From NCBI GenBank assembly GCA_002104905.1, contig MCFE01000139.1, forward strand, positions 62,001 through 126,000: 64,000 nt of DNA. Direction: 5' to 3'. Positions 10,781 through 22,027 of this stretch are shown one piece after another; position 1 is the first letter of the stretch, and each line of letters starts with the position of its first letter. This DNA is from Basidiobolus meristosporus CBS 931.73. Taxonomy: Eukaryota; Fungi; Basidiobolomycota. A program made the translations under genes and the position numbers. The notes under the pieces are model-generated. The model ran no database searches. It was not told where the DNA came from and saw only the letters and a list, made by a program, of their open reading frames with translations.

Positions 10781-12950
10781 TTGTGTTTTCCAGCAGAATA
10801 ACGGTATATAGCTGTCATGCCAAAGCACATATTATAATCTGCAATGGAGATACCCCCTCTATCAGCAAGATATCCAGGTTTTCTGGGTGCAAAGGATGGT
10901 ATTGCTGTTGAATGTGTTAAATACAGGGACTCTAATCCATAACTCACATATACATTGATTACCCAACAACAGGAACATCATCTTTCTCCAGAGAGAAGGT
11001 ACAGAAGTTGAAATGCAATTGCAGCAAAATTTGCAAGCTACTGCCATTGGCCAGATTATGGCATTAATTGGAAACCAGATATACTTAAGATAGGGTGTAT
11101 ATGTTGCAGCAAAGCCTTCCACTGGAAGTTATGTATTTACTTGGCAATAATATACCTATACTGATGACCAAGTTTTATGTGGGGCATTTCAGGCAAGGCA
11201 AATCCATTGAGATACCAGTAAGATTTCAAAAATTGGCTAATAAGATTTCAAAAATTGGCTATATATTACAAAGTATCTACTATCCCAGGTACTTCTCATG
11301 AGAACCATTCAACATTCCTGCACATATGCAACAGTACGTGTGCAAGGATTGGATGAGCTGGACATGAATTCTATCAGGTGGCCTTCTGAAGACATTTCTA
11401 CTAGGAGTCCATTGGAATCATTGGAAGTCATATGTGAATATTGTAGGAATTTTTATCCAGATGTGGATCACCAATGCAAACTTGATGCATCCACAGCGTT
11501 GGTGCAAGGAGTAAGTGCTGGGATATGAGAGTCTTCACTACAAAAATATAGCAGAACATATAGATCTCTGCTGCTGTATCCAGTCTCTACTCCATCTTGC
11601 TTAGTGTATTAAGAATATTAGACATTGTTTCACCTTTTGCAGGTTTCATATGGAGTAGGTATGTGGGGAGATGGGAAGACAAGTTGTTGTGCATCAACAT
11701 TTAAAACTTGGCCAATTTCACTCCGTTAGAAAATCTAGTACCCTAACTGATTTTCCCTAACCCGAACATACCTAATCCCTGATGTGGTTTATTTTATCAC
11801 TTCTCAGAATCTATTTTTAGCTGTCACACCTGATCAATTTCCAAGTGGTCATTATGTCCTCAACTGATCTGCTAAACCTTTCCAAAGGATTAGTTGACTG
11901 AGATCTATCCAACTATTTAGTAGTTGCCAAGACATCAGCTGATTAATGATGCAATTTTTCATATATCTTATGCACCTGTCAACACCCCAACAGATTTCAA
12001 TTAGTTCAGTCTCTTGGCACTTACTAGTGCAACTCAGCTAGAAAAGTATAAATAAAGCTTACTGAACCTTTTGGTTTAGTGTATATCTCAACAAAATTAA
12101 GAATTCAACATATCCATTCTATTTTCTACCTAAGCTTAGCGCATCTAGCACTCTCAAGAACACCAAGCCTAGCTTGCATAACAAACCCACTCTGTTGCCT
12201 TTATAGCCCAACTCAGCTATATATAAGACCAATTTAGAACAGAACCTCTCTGCTAATATTTCTGTCATTCTTGGCAATTCTAAGATTCTGCACTTAGTTG
12301 TCACTTAGGTTCAGTTAGTTCATTCAAGAGTTTTATTACACTTTTCTCTTGGATACAACACATGTCAAGTTGTTGGTACTATCTTGTCCCAGTCTCATCA
12401 AGAATATTACCCTCAAGTCTTTCATGAATGTGATGAGTTGGTACACAGAGGACAGCCAGGAAGAGTTTGATAATACTCAGCACAGATGTCAACATGGAGA
12501 CACCTATGCTTATGGCATTAAAAGCTAAGCAGCCCCAATGTGTGGGCAATCAGTTAGGTAATGCAAAGTTGGGTTAGGTGCAACAAGTAACTAGCTCTTT
12601 TCATCAAAACTCTACCAAGGTATTCCGGATTTCTCTTGGTCACAAGCCAATATCTACACCATTCAATACAAAGTTCACACAATCAAGAGCCAGAGCACAC
12701 CTATAAGGAGGACTAAATCCATCAGGGAGAAGGAATATATTGGCTATATGCCAAAAAGCTCTTTGGGATATTGAGAAGGTTTTCATGGCAGAAATGCCGG
12801 CAGCCAAGCATATAAATTAGCAGAGCACAAATACAATAGCTGTGTGGTGGTTCATGAGTCTGAGAGGTGCTGCCTACAACACCTGCCAACTGTCTTGTGT
12901 GAGGTGCTCACAACAACCAATAGCCACTGGCAAGAGGTTTCAGCAATATC
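10781..12950 (+). pseudogene. CACTA/EnSpm transposase relic, interrupted by solo LTR Y
   Basis: Transposase_21-like segment at 10781-11290, DUF4218-like segment at 11500-11684, continuing at 12361 in line with 6071-6450. Confidence 0.65.
11685..12360. repeat. Solo LTR, family Y (676 bp)
   Basis: TGTTGTG...GATACAACA; 5-bp TSD CAAGT/CATGT; host matches uninterrupted 6071-6150. Confidence 0.8.
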
Positions 12951-13683
12951 TGGGTTTTGTGGCAGATAGATGTCAAAGAGAATGAAGACCCAGACGTGTC
13001 AATAAATACTGTATAGCTATGAATCCCAGCTTGACTCTGTTTTAGTGAAGAAAAAGTACCCCATACCTTGCATTGATGAGCATTTGGACCTACTCAATGG
13101 AGTCACCATATTCAGCAAGATTGACCACATATCAGGACACAGCCAGATAAGGGTGAGACTAGAAGATATCCTAAGACAGGATCCAAGACCAGATATGGAC
13201 ATTACAAGTACTTAGTCATGAACTTTAGCCTCACCAATGTCCCTGGAACACTCTTGACATTGATGCAAACTGTTGTGGTGGTGTAAAAGTCCATGGGAGA
13301 GTTTCATCTAGCACTTCACAAGTGTTTTGTATGTGGGGTGAGCCCTGAGTGCAATAAACCTCTGGCAAAAGCTTGATGAGAATACCTCGGCTCTGTCTCT
13401 ACTTTAATGTGAAGTGTAGCAAAGTCACAAGCCTGTTGTCAGAGAACTACTGAGCTAAAGCCCCAACTTAGTTGGTGTCTTGACAAAAGTATGTGCTGGG
13501 CTCAGTATCCTTTGAGATGCTAATGTACTTAGGCTTATAAAGTCAAAAGAAATATACAATCCACCAGCAGGGACTCGATAACAATGCAGCTGTGGTCAAT
13601 AGTTACAAAGATAGAAGGGTATCCTTGCCTGTATAAGTACAAGCTTGGGAAAGAATCAAATATAATGAAAAATGTCTACTCTA

Positions 13684-14903
13684 TGTCACAATTGCATGAT
13701 ATCCATGACCTTTTGTGATCTAGTTAATAGACCTGTTCTGTTGGATAGTGCCATATGGAGCCAGGAGTGCCCAATGATGTCATTGTGTTCCAGAGAGACC
13801 AAGTGCACCTTCAATTGGCCACAGAGTGTGAAACATAGCTCTGCATCTTCATGCATAGCTGCCCCTGTGTTTCACCCATTGTGCTGCAGAAAACCCACTT
13901 TTTGACCTTTTTTTTAGGTCAATGTTGCGCAGGATGTGTAAGAGCACAAATGGATTGAAGACATGCATCAGGTACTCAATACCCATGGCACTCTGAATCT
14001 AGCTCCTCCTGCTTATAACATGTCAGAAAAATGCATGGCACTATCTTGGTCCACTGGTACTATCTAGCACTATAAGTGCTTTGTATAGATCTTACTTTTG
14101 GGCTAATAATTAAATGTAGTGCCAGATAGTACCAGTGGGCCAAGATAGTGCCATGCATTTTTGTTACATGTTACAAGCTACAGGAGCTTAATTCAGAGTG
14201 CCATGGGTATTGAGTACCTGAGGCATGTCTTCAATACTTTTGTGCTCTTACACATCCTGCACAACTTTGACCCAAAAAAAAGTCAAAAAATGGATTTTCT
14301 CCCACACAATGGGTGAAACACAGGGGCAGCTTTGCATGAAGATGCAGAGCTATGTTTCACACTCTGTGGCCAAGTATAGGTTCATTTGGTCTCCCAGGCA
14401 CACTGTGGCATCATTTGGCAATCATGACTCAATGTGGCACTATCCAACAGAACAAATCTAATTATGTTAGTGAAGAAATCCCAGTTCCTTAAAGAGAGTT
14501 CTATATCACTTTAGCAACTTCTTGAAAAAATTAAGTCAACATTACCCAATGGAATATACTATCAAAGCTTCCCTTTGGAGTTGATATAGCTTAATACCAT
14601 GCATGGTAATTGTTTGTCAGATGACCTAGTCACCTGAGTGGCAGGCTCTTGGCATGTCCCCATGTAATTTTTTAGTTTGTTCCTTAGTATATTTCTATCT
14701 TGGCGCACTTACTGTGCCTCACCCCAGAACCCCATATATATTAGCCAATATCTCTTGGTACTCATATTGCCAAAAAGTATATGCAGTTTATTCCCCCTTA
14801 TGTATTTCTCAGTATGATAAATACAAGACTTGAATAAACAGCCTTGCCTTGTTGATCCACATCTTAGTCCTTTCCTGGTCTTGCCTTGTGTCTATTCAAA
14901 ACA
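13684..14903 (+). repeat. Solo LTR, family Z (chromovirus LTR), carrying MITE 2
   Basis: Aligns with 48177-48705; starts TGTCACAATTGC vs TGTTGTGATCTC (both derivable from TGTCGCGATCGC); no clear TSD. Confidence 0.6.
13729..14459. mobile_element. Foldback MITE, second copy (731 bp)
   Basis: Palindromic arms; spacer inverted relative to MITE 1; TSD AAT/AAT. Confidence 0.9.
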
Positions 14904-15799
14904 GTGTTGTCAGGCTGCTCATGACTTATCTGTGGATCTCTACCTTCAACCCAAAGTACTTGAGAAGGACTTGTAGAGGAGAACCCACTTCAAGTATCAA
15001 CCTGAATATTTCCCTAGTCTTATCCTCTAAAAGTAAAGCTACCTTATGTATGTAAGATTGCTGGCCAAAGCTGCATTCACTACACCATCTTCTAGGAATA
15101 CCTAGACAGATTTGTGGTATTCTACCTAGATGGCATACTGAAATACAGCAAGAGAGAACAGGATCACTTGGTGCATATTAAAAGGTCTTGATGAGGCTAA
15201 GAGAGAACAAGCTATATGGCAGGCTAGTAAAGTGGGAGTTTGTCAAGGGACATGTTGGGTATATGGGACACATAGTAACTGGCACAGCAGTGACCTTAGC
15301 CCCCAAGAAAGTGGAAGTTATCAAAAATATGAAGCAGCACCACAGCATTGCAGAGCGCAGACCATTTGTCAGGATGGTCTTTGACTATAGAGATTTGCAA
15401 AGACCTTTGCAAGTGTTGCAGCCCCTTTGAGCAATATGATTAAGAGAGACAACACCTTCAAATGGGACAGAGCCTGTGAGACAGCATTTCATATACTTAA
15501 GAATGAACTTGCCAACCTGCCAAGTTTAAGAGCATCTGACTTCAGAAAAGAGGTTACTCTCTGCAAAGATGCTTCAGATTATGTAATTGGCAGAGTTCTG
15601 AGCCAAGAGTATGGAGGAAACATATACCCGGTTGCTTTCAAATCCAGGAAGTTGAGCTCAGCAGAACCAAACTATCCAGTGCATGAAAAGGAGATGCTTC
15701 TTATAATTAACTACTTGATATGGAGATGGTTGATTGCAGAAATCAAATTTACTGTGAAGACTGATCAAGCCTCCCTTAAGTATATATTTGCTCAAAAGG

Positions 15800-16497
15800 T
15801 GTTGTGCATCAACATTTAAAGCTTGGCCAATTTCACTCCGTTAGAAAATCTAGTACCCTAACTGATTTTCCCTAACCCAAACATACCTAATCCCTGATGT
15901 GGTTTATTTTATCACTTCTCAGAATCTATTTTTAACTGTCACACCTGATCAATTTTCAAGTGGTCATTATGTCCTCAGCTGATCAGCTAAGCCTTTCCAA
16001 AGGATTAGTCATCTGAGATCTATCCAACTATTTAGTAGTTGCCAAAACACCAGCTGATTAATAATGCAATTTTTCATATATCTTATGCACCTATCAACAC
16101 CCAGGCAGATTTCAATTATGTCCAGTCTCTTGGTGCTTACTAGTGTAACTTAATTAGAAAAGTATAAATAAAGCTTACTGAACCTTTTGTTTTAGTGTGT
16201 GTCTCAACAAAAATAAGATTGTGCCTCAGCAAAATTAAGAATTCAACAATTCTGTTCTATTTACTACCCAAGCTTAGTATATAGCATTCCCAAGAACACC
16301 AAGCCTAGCATGTATATCAAACCAGCTCTGTTGCCTATATAGCCCAACTCAACTATATACAAAACCATTATTAGACCAGAACTTCTCTGTTAATATTTCT
16401 GTCACCCTTGACAATTCTGAGATTGTGTGCTTAGTTCTCACTCAGGTTTGGTTAACTCATTCAAGAGTTTTAATACACTTTTGTCTTGGATACAACA
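15800..16497. repeat. Solo LTR, family Y, second copy
   Basis: Colinear with 11685-12360; Gypsy RNaseH continues on both sides; TSD not recognisable. Confidence 0.75.
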
Positions 16498-19020
16498 GAG
16501 TGTACAATCCAGAAGAATGACAAGCTGAGGGAATACATTCATCAATAGGTCTCAGAGATTAAATGCTGCCCTGGGAGAAGTAATATGGTTGCTGACACCT
16601 TATTATGACTAGAACCAGTTGCACAAACCAATCTGGTGCATGAATCCAACATAGTACCAGAAGAGAAATTGAGCCCAAAGGAATAGTGGAAGAAGTGGAG
16701 AAGTTTCAAGAGAAGGAGAGAAAAGCCATTGAAATCATATATGTTGATGTGCACAATTCCTTCATTGGACAAATTCATGCTTCAAATACTGCCAAAGCTG
16801 TATGGAAATCCTTAGAGATGATCTTTTGACCAAAGTCAGTATCTAGCAAGCTTTATTTAAAACAAATTTACTTCAACATGAGGAAGAAGCCAGATGATCA
16901 CATGCCGCAAATCATTACCCAAATGGAAACACTTGCAGAAGAACTTTACAGTACCAATCCTAGTTTAGATGATAAAGAAAAGGTACTCTGTCTACTTTGC
17001 AGCTTACCAGTCAAGTATGAGCTACTAATACTTTCTCTTGAAAGCAGAGAAGTTGGTTTGACTTCAGAATATGTCAAAGGAATACTTTGCCATGAAAACT
17101 CAGACCTAAAGATCAAGTGGCAAAAACTGAAAATAGTGCTTTGTTCAGCTCAGAAATGCAGACAGAAAAGAAAGGAAAGAAACAAGACTATAGGAAACAT
17201 GGTTGCTGTAACTACTGTAAGTAGCCAGGACACTGGGCAAGAGAATACAAGAAGAAACAAGCAGACAAAAACAGAAACAGAGCAGGCTAACCATATCACT
17301 AGTTATGAACAGTTATTTGTAGCTGTACAAGAGAGTGCAAGTAACCAAAGTTGTGAGTGTTATACTGACTCTGGCGCATCACAGCATATTTGTGTTATAA
17401 AGATTGGTTCACACACCAGATCTCCAGGACCTTGGGATCTTTGGTAGTGATGTCTTTTATTGCATCGCTGACTAAAAAGATAAAAGTTGGAACCAAATGG
17501 TAGAAAAGGGGTCTTCTTTGAATATTGTGAGGATACTAAAGGATATAGAGTGTATGATGGCATAATTCCAAAGTTGGTCAGGAGCAGGGACATTGTCTCA
17601 AAGGAGAATTCAGAACAGAAAGTGACAGAAATCATTGATCAGCTGCCTGATGTTGCAATCAACACTAGTGATGAAGATATGTATCTGATCCAGCCAGGCA
17701 AAAATGGTAATTTCACCAGTTCCAGATCAGAGCATATTGTCCCAGTTAAGATGTCTATCAGAAAATGAGATGCTCTTGGATCCTGGTGGCAGACATTCAA
17801 TGATCATGGAGAAGCTTATCTTGCCTTATGTGCTTAACCTCATAATATGGAACATATTTTACAAGGATAATCAAGGTTGTTATTCACTGGCTAGGAATTC
17901 TACTAATTATGCTAGAACTAAGCAGACAGATATAAGAACACCATTTTGCAAGGGTGGCTGTAGAAGATAACTTAGCAGAGCTAGTTTACTGCCCAACTGA
18001 CAAAATGGTGGCAGATAAATTGACAAAACCACTATCTAGGCTAAAATTTGGGAATATTGAAGAGGAATTAGGAATAAGAATTTATCTAGTTGAGGGGAAG
18101 TGTTGAAATAGTGAACTGTTGGTATCTTTCAGCAGCTAAACACTTATGTAACAATTCTGGACTTGTCTTGGTCAGAGTGGAACTAACCTATAGCCCTAAC
18201 CTTGCCACTTTCTTTGGATCTATTATTCTATGATTATTCCCCTGTAGTCATGATCAAATTAGCACATTTATCAGACATTAGACTTGTTCCATTGTACCAA
18301 ACCAGGGTGTGTAGTGCAATCTGCGGTCTTGAAGAACAATTGGGTGCCATATTATAGCCACCAGTAGGCAGGATTGCTCTTGGACAATTTTGCACCATGT
18401 GGGATAATCTTTCATACTATTGCACAATCTAACACAATGAGGTTGGCACAGATGATTGTGCAAATTTGTAATGTTTGCATTATGTGCTTGATTGGTTAAT
18501 GCTATAATGGTAGGTAAAATCTGGTAGTTGGAAATGTTTCTTTAATGCAAAAGGAAATAAATGCATATCACACTATAAACTACACTGATACTTACCATTT
18601 TGGTTACCTTCACTCCAATTGGATGGTATCTCAGCAGTTAACTGGTTCAAAAGTATCCTGAAGCTGTCAGCCCCTGATTGGCTCTTTGAATAATACACAA
18701 GCTACCTGATTTGCCTTCAGATGTGCCATTTTGCCCATTGGGCAAGTAAAATCCCAATCCTAGTGGTTGGACAAGGTGTCATAGCTAACATGCAACCAAT
18801 CAAATAGGTGCAAAAGAGAACCAATGGCTGCACTGGTGTAAAGATGATGTATATATGTAGGGTGTTTATTCATAGGGATTCTGTCTCAAATGTGAGTCAC
18901 CCTTGATAATGCTTAAATCAAAAATTTGATGATCACTGATTTGCAATGACTAGATATGGATTACAAAATAAATTGCATTGTTTGGATCATGACAAATAAT
19001 ATCAATTCAATACAATTGCA

Positions 19021-20266
19021 TCATCTACTCCCAGGTTTTTTTCTCACGGGGATTACTACTGAAGCATTTGGTAGTAGTTTACTTTGCAAACCTAAGCTAC
19101 TTACTTGTTGACTATCCTCTTGGCTACTTGTGTATTTGTAGTCAGTATTTTGTCTCCTAGTTGATGAGTGTGATGCTGCAGCTTGGCCATACTAAATCTC
19201 TTCAGATGATGCTATTGAACCAGCCTGCAGTGCTACATGGTGATGCGTTCTTTTACTTGGCAAAGACTCTGGTGGTGGAGGCATTTCATGTGGGTCATCA
19301 TCAGTCAGTTGACCAGGAGGAACATCTGATGGTCAGGTGTAATAGCATGCACAGGTGCAACTTAATGCGCTGGCATGATCCTTGGCTGAGTTTGATGTGA
19401 TGCTGCTTGTTGATGTACTTAGCCTACTCTAATGGACTTGTGTCTAAATGCGCAGTTTGGCAAGTTCTGGTGGTTTTGCTCAGAAGTATGCATGTTGATG
19501 CACCATAAGTTGACTTAATGCGTGGCACTCTTGTGATGGATGTTGGCATAGTTTGGATTGACATGAGCCAGTGAGCTGAAGCTGCAAGGGATGGTAAGGA
19601 ATTAAGCAAGGCATGCTGGCACAATCTAGACCCAAATGCTTGTGGTGTGTGTTCTGCCTCTTGAAGTTCACCTTGTGATTTCTCAAGGTATTTACCTACC
19701 CTCTGACTGATAATCTGGAGCTGTTGCCTGGATGAGTACTGTGTATATTGCGCTTGGAATCCACTTGGCTCTACTAATATATCATGTAATGCATTAGTCA
19801 TTTGAGGCAAACTATCAGTCAAAATCTCTTTGGTTCCCAAAGTTGAGGCACAAACAGATGTGTCCAGCCTATACTGCGCAAATTGCATGCAAAATTGTTC
19901 CTGTGTGGCTTCCTCATCCAATTCCCTCACTCTCAGCTCATTCTTGATTTCAATACTTGGCTTGTTATATATCTTCTTATATACATCTGCAGGCTTCTAA
20001 ATGTAGAACTCATGCCACAGCTTTCTACTCAGGATCTTCCATCTCTGTCAACTCTCTGAGGTATCTAGTTCTGCTAGATTGATGATTAGCGCCCAAATAT
20101 CTGTATGAAGACTCATCATAGACACTTGGGGCATACTAAAGTTATCTGGCAAGGACTCAAATGGATTCAACATTGACTTCTTGGGTCCAGACAGTGCTTG
20201 TGAGCTGGGGGTGGGGTTTTGTCTGGGTTGTATTAAAGATGAGTTGAGACTTGATATAGGGACCAT
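19021..20266 (-). pseudogene. ORF1 of copy B (frameshifted, CpG-eroded)
   Basis: ORF pieces 20048-20266 and 19424-19930 are homologous to 414-1685. Confidence 0.8.
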
Positions 20267-20642
20267 AGTGATGGACTTTGATACTTAAACTGTAGTGTAT
20301 TAGCATCAACCTGGTTTTATATGAAATACATATTAAAACTAATGTGATTGTTGAGTTTTCTATATACTATGCATGATGCATTTTCAATTGCATTGACACA
20401 GATTGGATTCCATCAATTGCAGATTTCCTGTTTCATTATAGACTTGTGAGTAAAGCAACAATAAACATATTAAGCCATTGTTTGAGGATGATTTTTGCAA
20501 CAAAATGATGGGATAAATGGCAATTGAAGGCGATTAAATCAAAATACATGGAAAATCAGATAAATAAAGAAGATTGCACTGAATCAACTCAAAACACCTC
20601 AGCCTGATCACCTACCAACTTAAATAGGACTTACTCATCTGT

Positions 20643-21507
20643 ATGGTCTTTTCTTGTCAATCCCATCACTTCCACTGGATTTCCTTTTGACACACTAGAG
20701 GAGATCTATACCATGTACTGTGGACCATCTACCCTAATCTACGCAAGGAGATCCCTTGTTAAGCTTCTCTGCTATTACAACAACTATTGCCCTACAAGGT
20801 TTCATCCCATCATCCATGGCAACAAAAGTCCTAGAGACTTTCATTCCCAGCTGACAGCAAAGGTGAACCACCTTGCAGAGGGTATGAATGACTTAGAGCA
20901 AGCTTGGAATACTAGGTGCAGAAGCTCTAATAGACTTCCATATCCCACAGTGTTCAGCAACAGGCTGAATATCAGGAGTATTTTGATACCTTCCCAATCA
21001 GGATTAACAGACCTTTTGGAGGGCAGAGGCACTTTTATTCTGGCAAATATAAGTCACACTGTGAAGTTCCAAGCATAGTTCAACTTTGATGGTAACATCA
21101 TCTGGTTTAGTGGGCCATTTGCTGGAAGTAGGCATGACAAAGCACTCAGGGTAGAGAATTATCCTGAATTCAGTAGAGGGGAGAAATGTATGGCAGACTT
21201 AGCCTCAATAGGAGAGGATGGTCAGAGATTAGGATGTATTACAGCTTATAGGAAGCCAAGGAATGGAGTGCTTTGCAGGAAGCAGAAGCTCTACAATGAG
21301 ATATTTGATCATATCAGAGTGAGGGTAGAGCATACATTTTTCTATCTGAAGACATTCAGCATACTAGCTGGCAAATACAGAGGAAAGTCATTTATAGGAG
21401 AAAACAGCAGAATAGACAAAATAGTAAAGATACCTATCAATGTACAGTATATTTATACAAAAAGACATCCACTGAGAGAAATGCGTCTGGAGCATTGTGA
21501 AGAGTAA
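20643..21507 (+). pseudogene. DDE_Tnp_4 (IS5/PIF-Harbinger-type) transposase, disrupted; start approximate
   Basis: Motifs GVFDTFPIRINRP, GQRHFYSGKYKSHTVKFQ, DGNIIWFSGPFAGSRHD, MADLA.IG, YN...IRVRVEHTF.YLKTFSIL; frameshift near 20983 and TAG near 21076. Confidence 0.8.
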
Positions 21508-21647
21508 ATAAAGCAAAGAAAGCACCATTCTGAGCAACATAACTAAAACTAGATAAAATTACCAGTAACTATATGCTATCACTGGCAGTATGGTGGAAAT
21601 TGTAATGCCAAATGGTGCTGCAGAGTGCCAGATCAATATGGTGCTAT

Positions 21648-22015
21648 TGTTACAAGTCTTGGTATAAGAGTTGTAGAGGAATAGGGAGTTTAGCTAGTAT
21701 TGTATTCACTAAAACTTGAACTGATTTTTATTGAGGTTCCAGCAGCTCCTTATATACATTTTGCCAGATCAATTGCTGACTAATTGTATTTCCTAATGTA
21801 GGTTGTGGCTGATGACTCATCTGATTGCATCATCATCACCCAATAAGATCCTACTTAATATATCTATTTCTGTCTGATAAGGATCTGCTGATTCATTTGC
21901 TGACTAATGCTACTGATTTGATAGAAAATACTGATATACTGATAACCTAAACATATACTAATTGATTTGACTAAAAACTGATCTAACTTAAACATTCAAG
22001 CGGCAGATCATAACA
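21648..22015 (-). repeat. 3' LTR of the young Gypsy
   Basis: TGTTACAAG...CATAACA; matches 26171-26538 except 4 transversions. Confidence 0.97.
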
Positions 22016-22027
22016 TTCTCCCCTACT
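22016..22027 (-). promoter_or_regulatory. Polypurine tract of the Gypsy
   Basis: Minus strand AGTAGGGGAGAA directly before the 3' LTR. Confidence 0.85.

Larger units (their letters stand above)
7115..11153. other. ~3.7-kb inversion (7115-10780) with a ~373-bp inverted duplication (7115-7487 vs 10781-11153)
   Basis: Duplicates about 98% identical by eye (~7 differences); CACTA 3' end split between 7114 and 10780-10734 (reversed). Confidence 0.75.
13274..15091 (+). repeat. Composite insertion: family-X LTR 5' part, nested LTR Z and MITE, ending ...CACTACA
   Basis: Starts TGTGGTGGTG; flanks CTGT / CCAT restore the Gypsy RT frame; the 14904-15091 segment is not explained. Confidence 0.55.
12960..16650 (+). 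mobile_element. Decayed Ty3/Gypsy RT-RNaseH relic (family of 21648-26538) split by LTR insertions
   Basis: [29 protein letters not shown]|IF.EYLDRF, NYPVHEKEML, LKYIFAQK|..EYI segments align with the young element. Confidence 0.75.

Noticed and set aside
11219-11263. 21-bp tandem duplication TAAGATTTCAAAAATTGGCTA
   Set aside because: Ordinary slippage within a dead transposase; similar small duplications occur at ~16200 and ~48600
11685-16497. The two family-Y LTRs as the ends of one retrotransposon
   Set aside because: The first has its own TSD and host continuity, the second sits inside a Gypsy RNaseH; there is no PBS or PPT and the intervening DNA is unrelated
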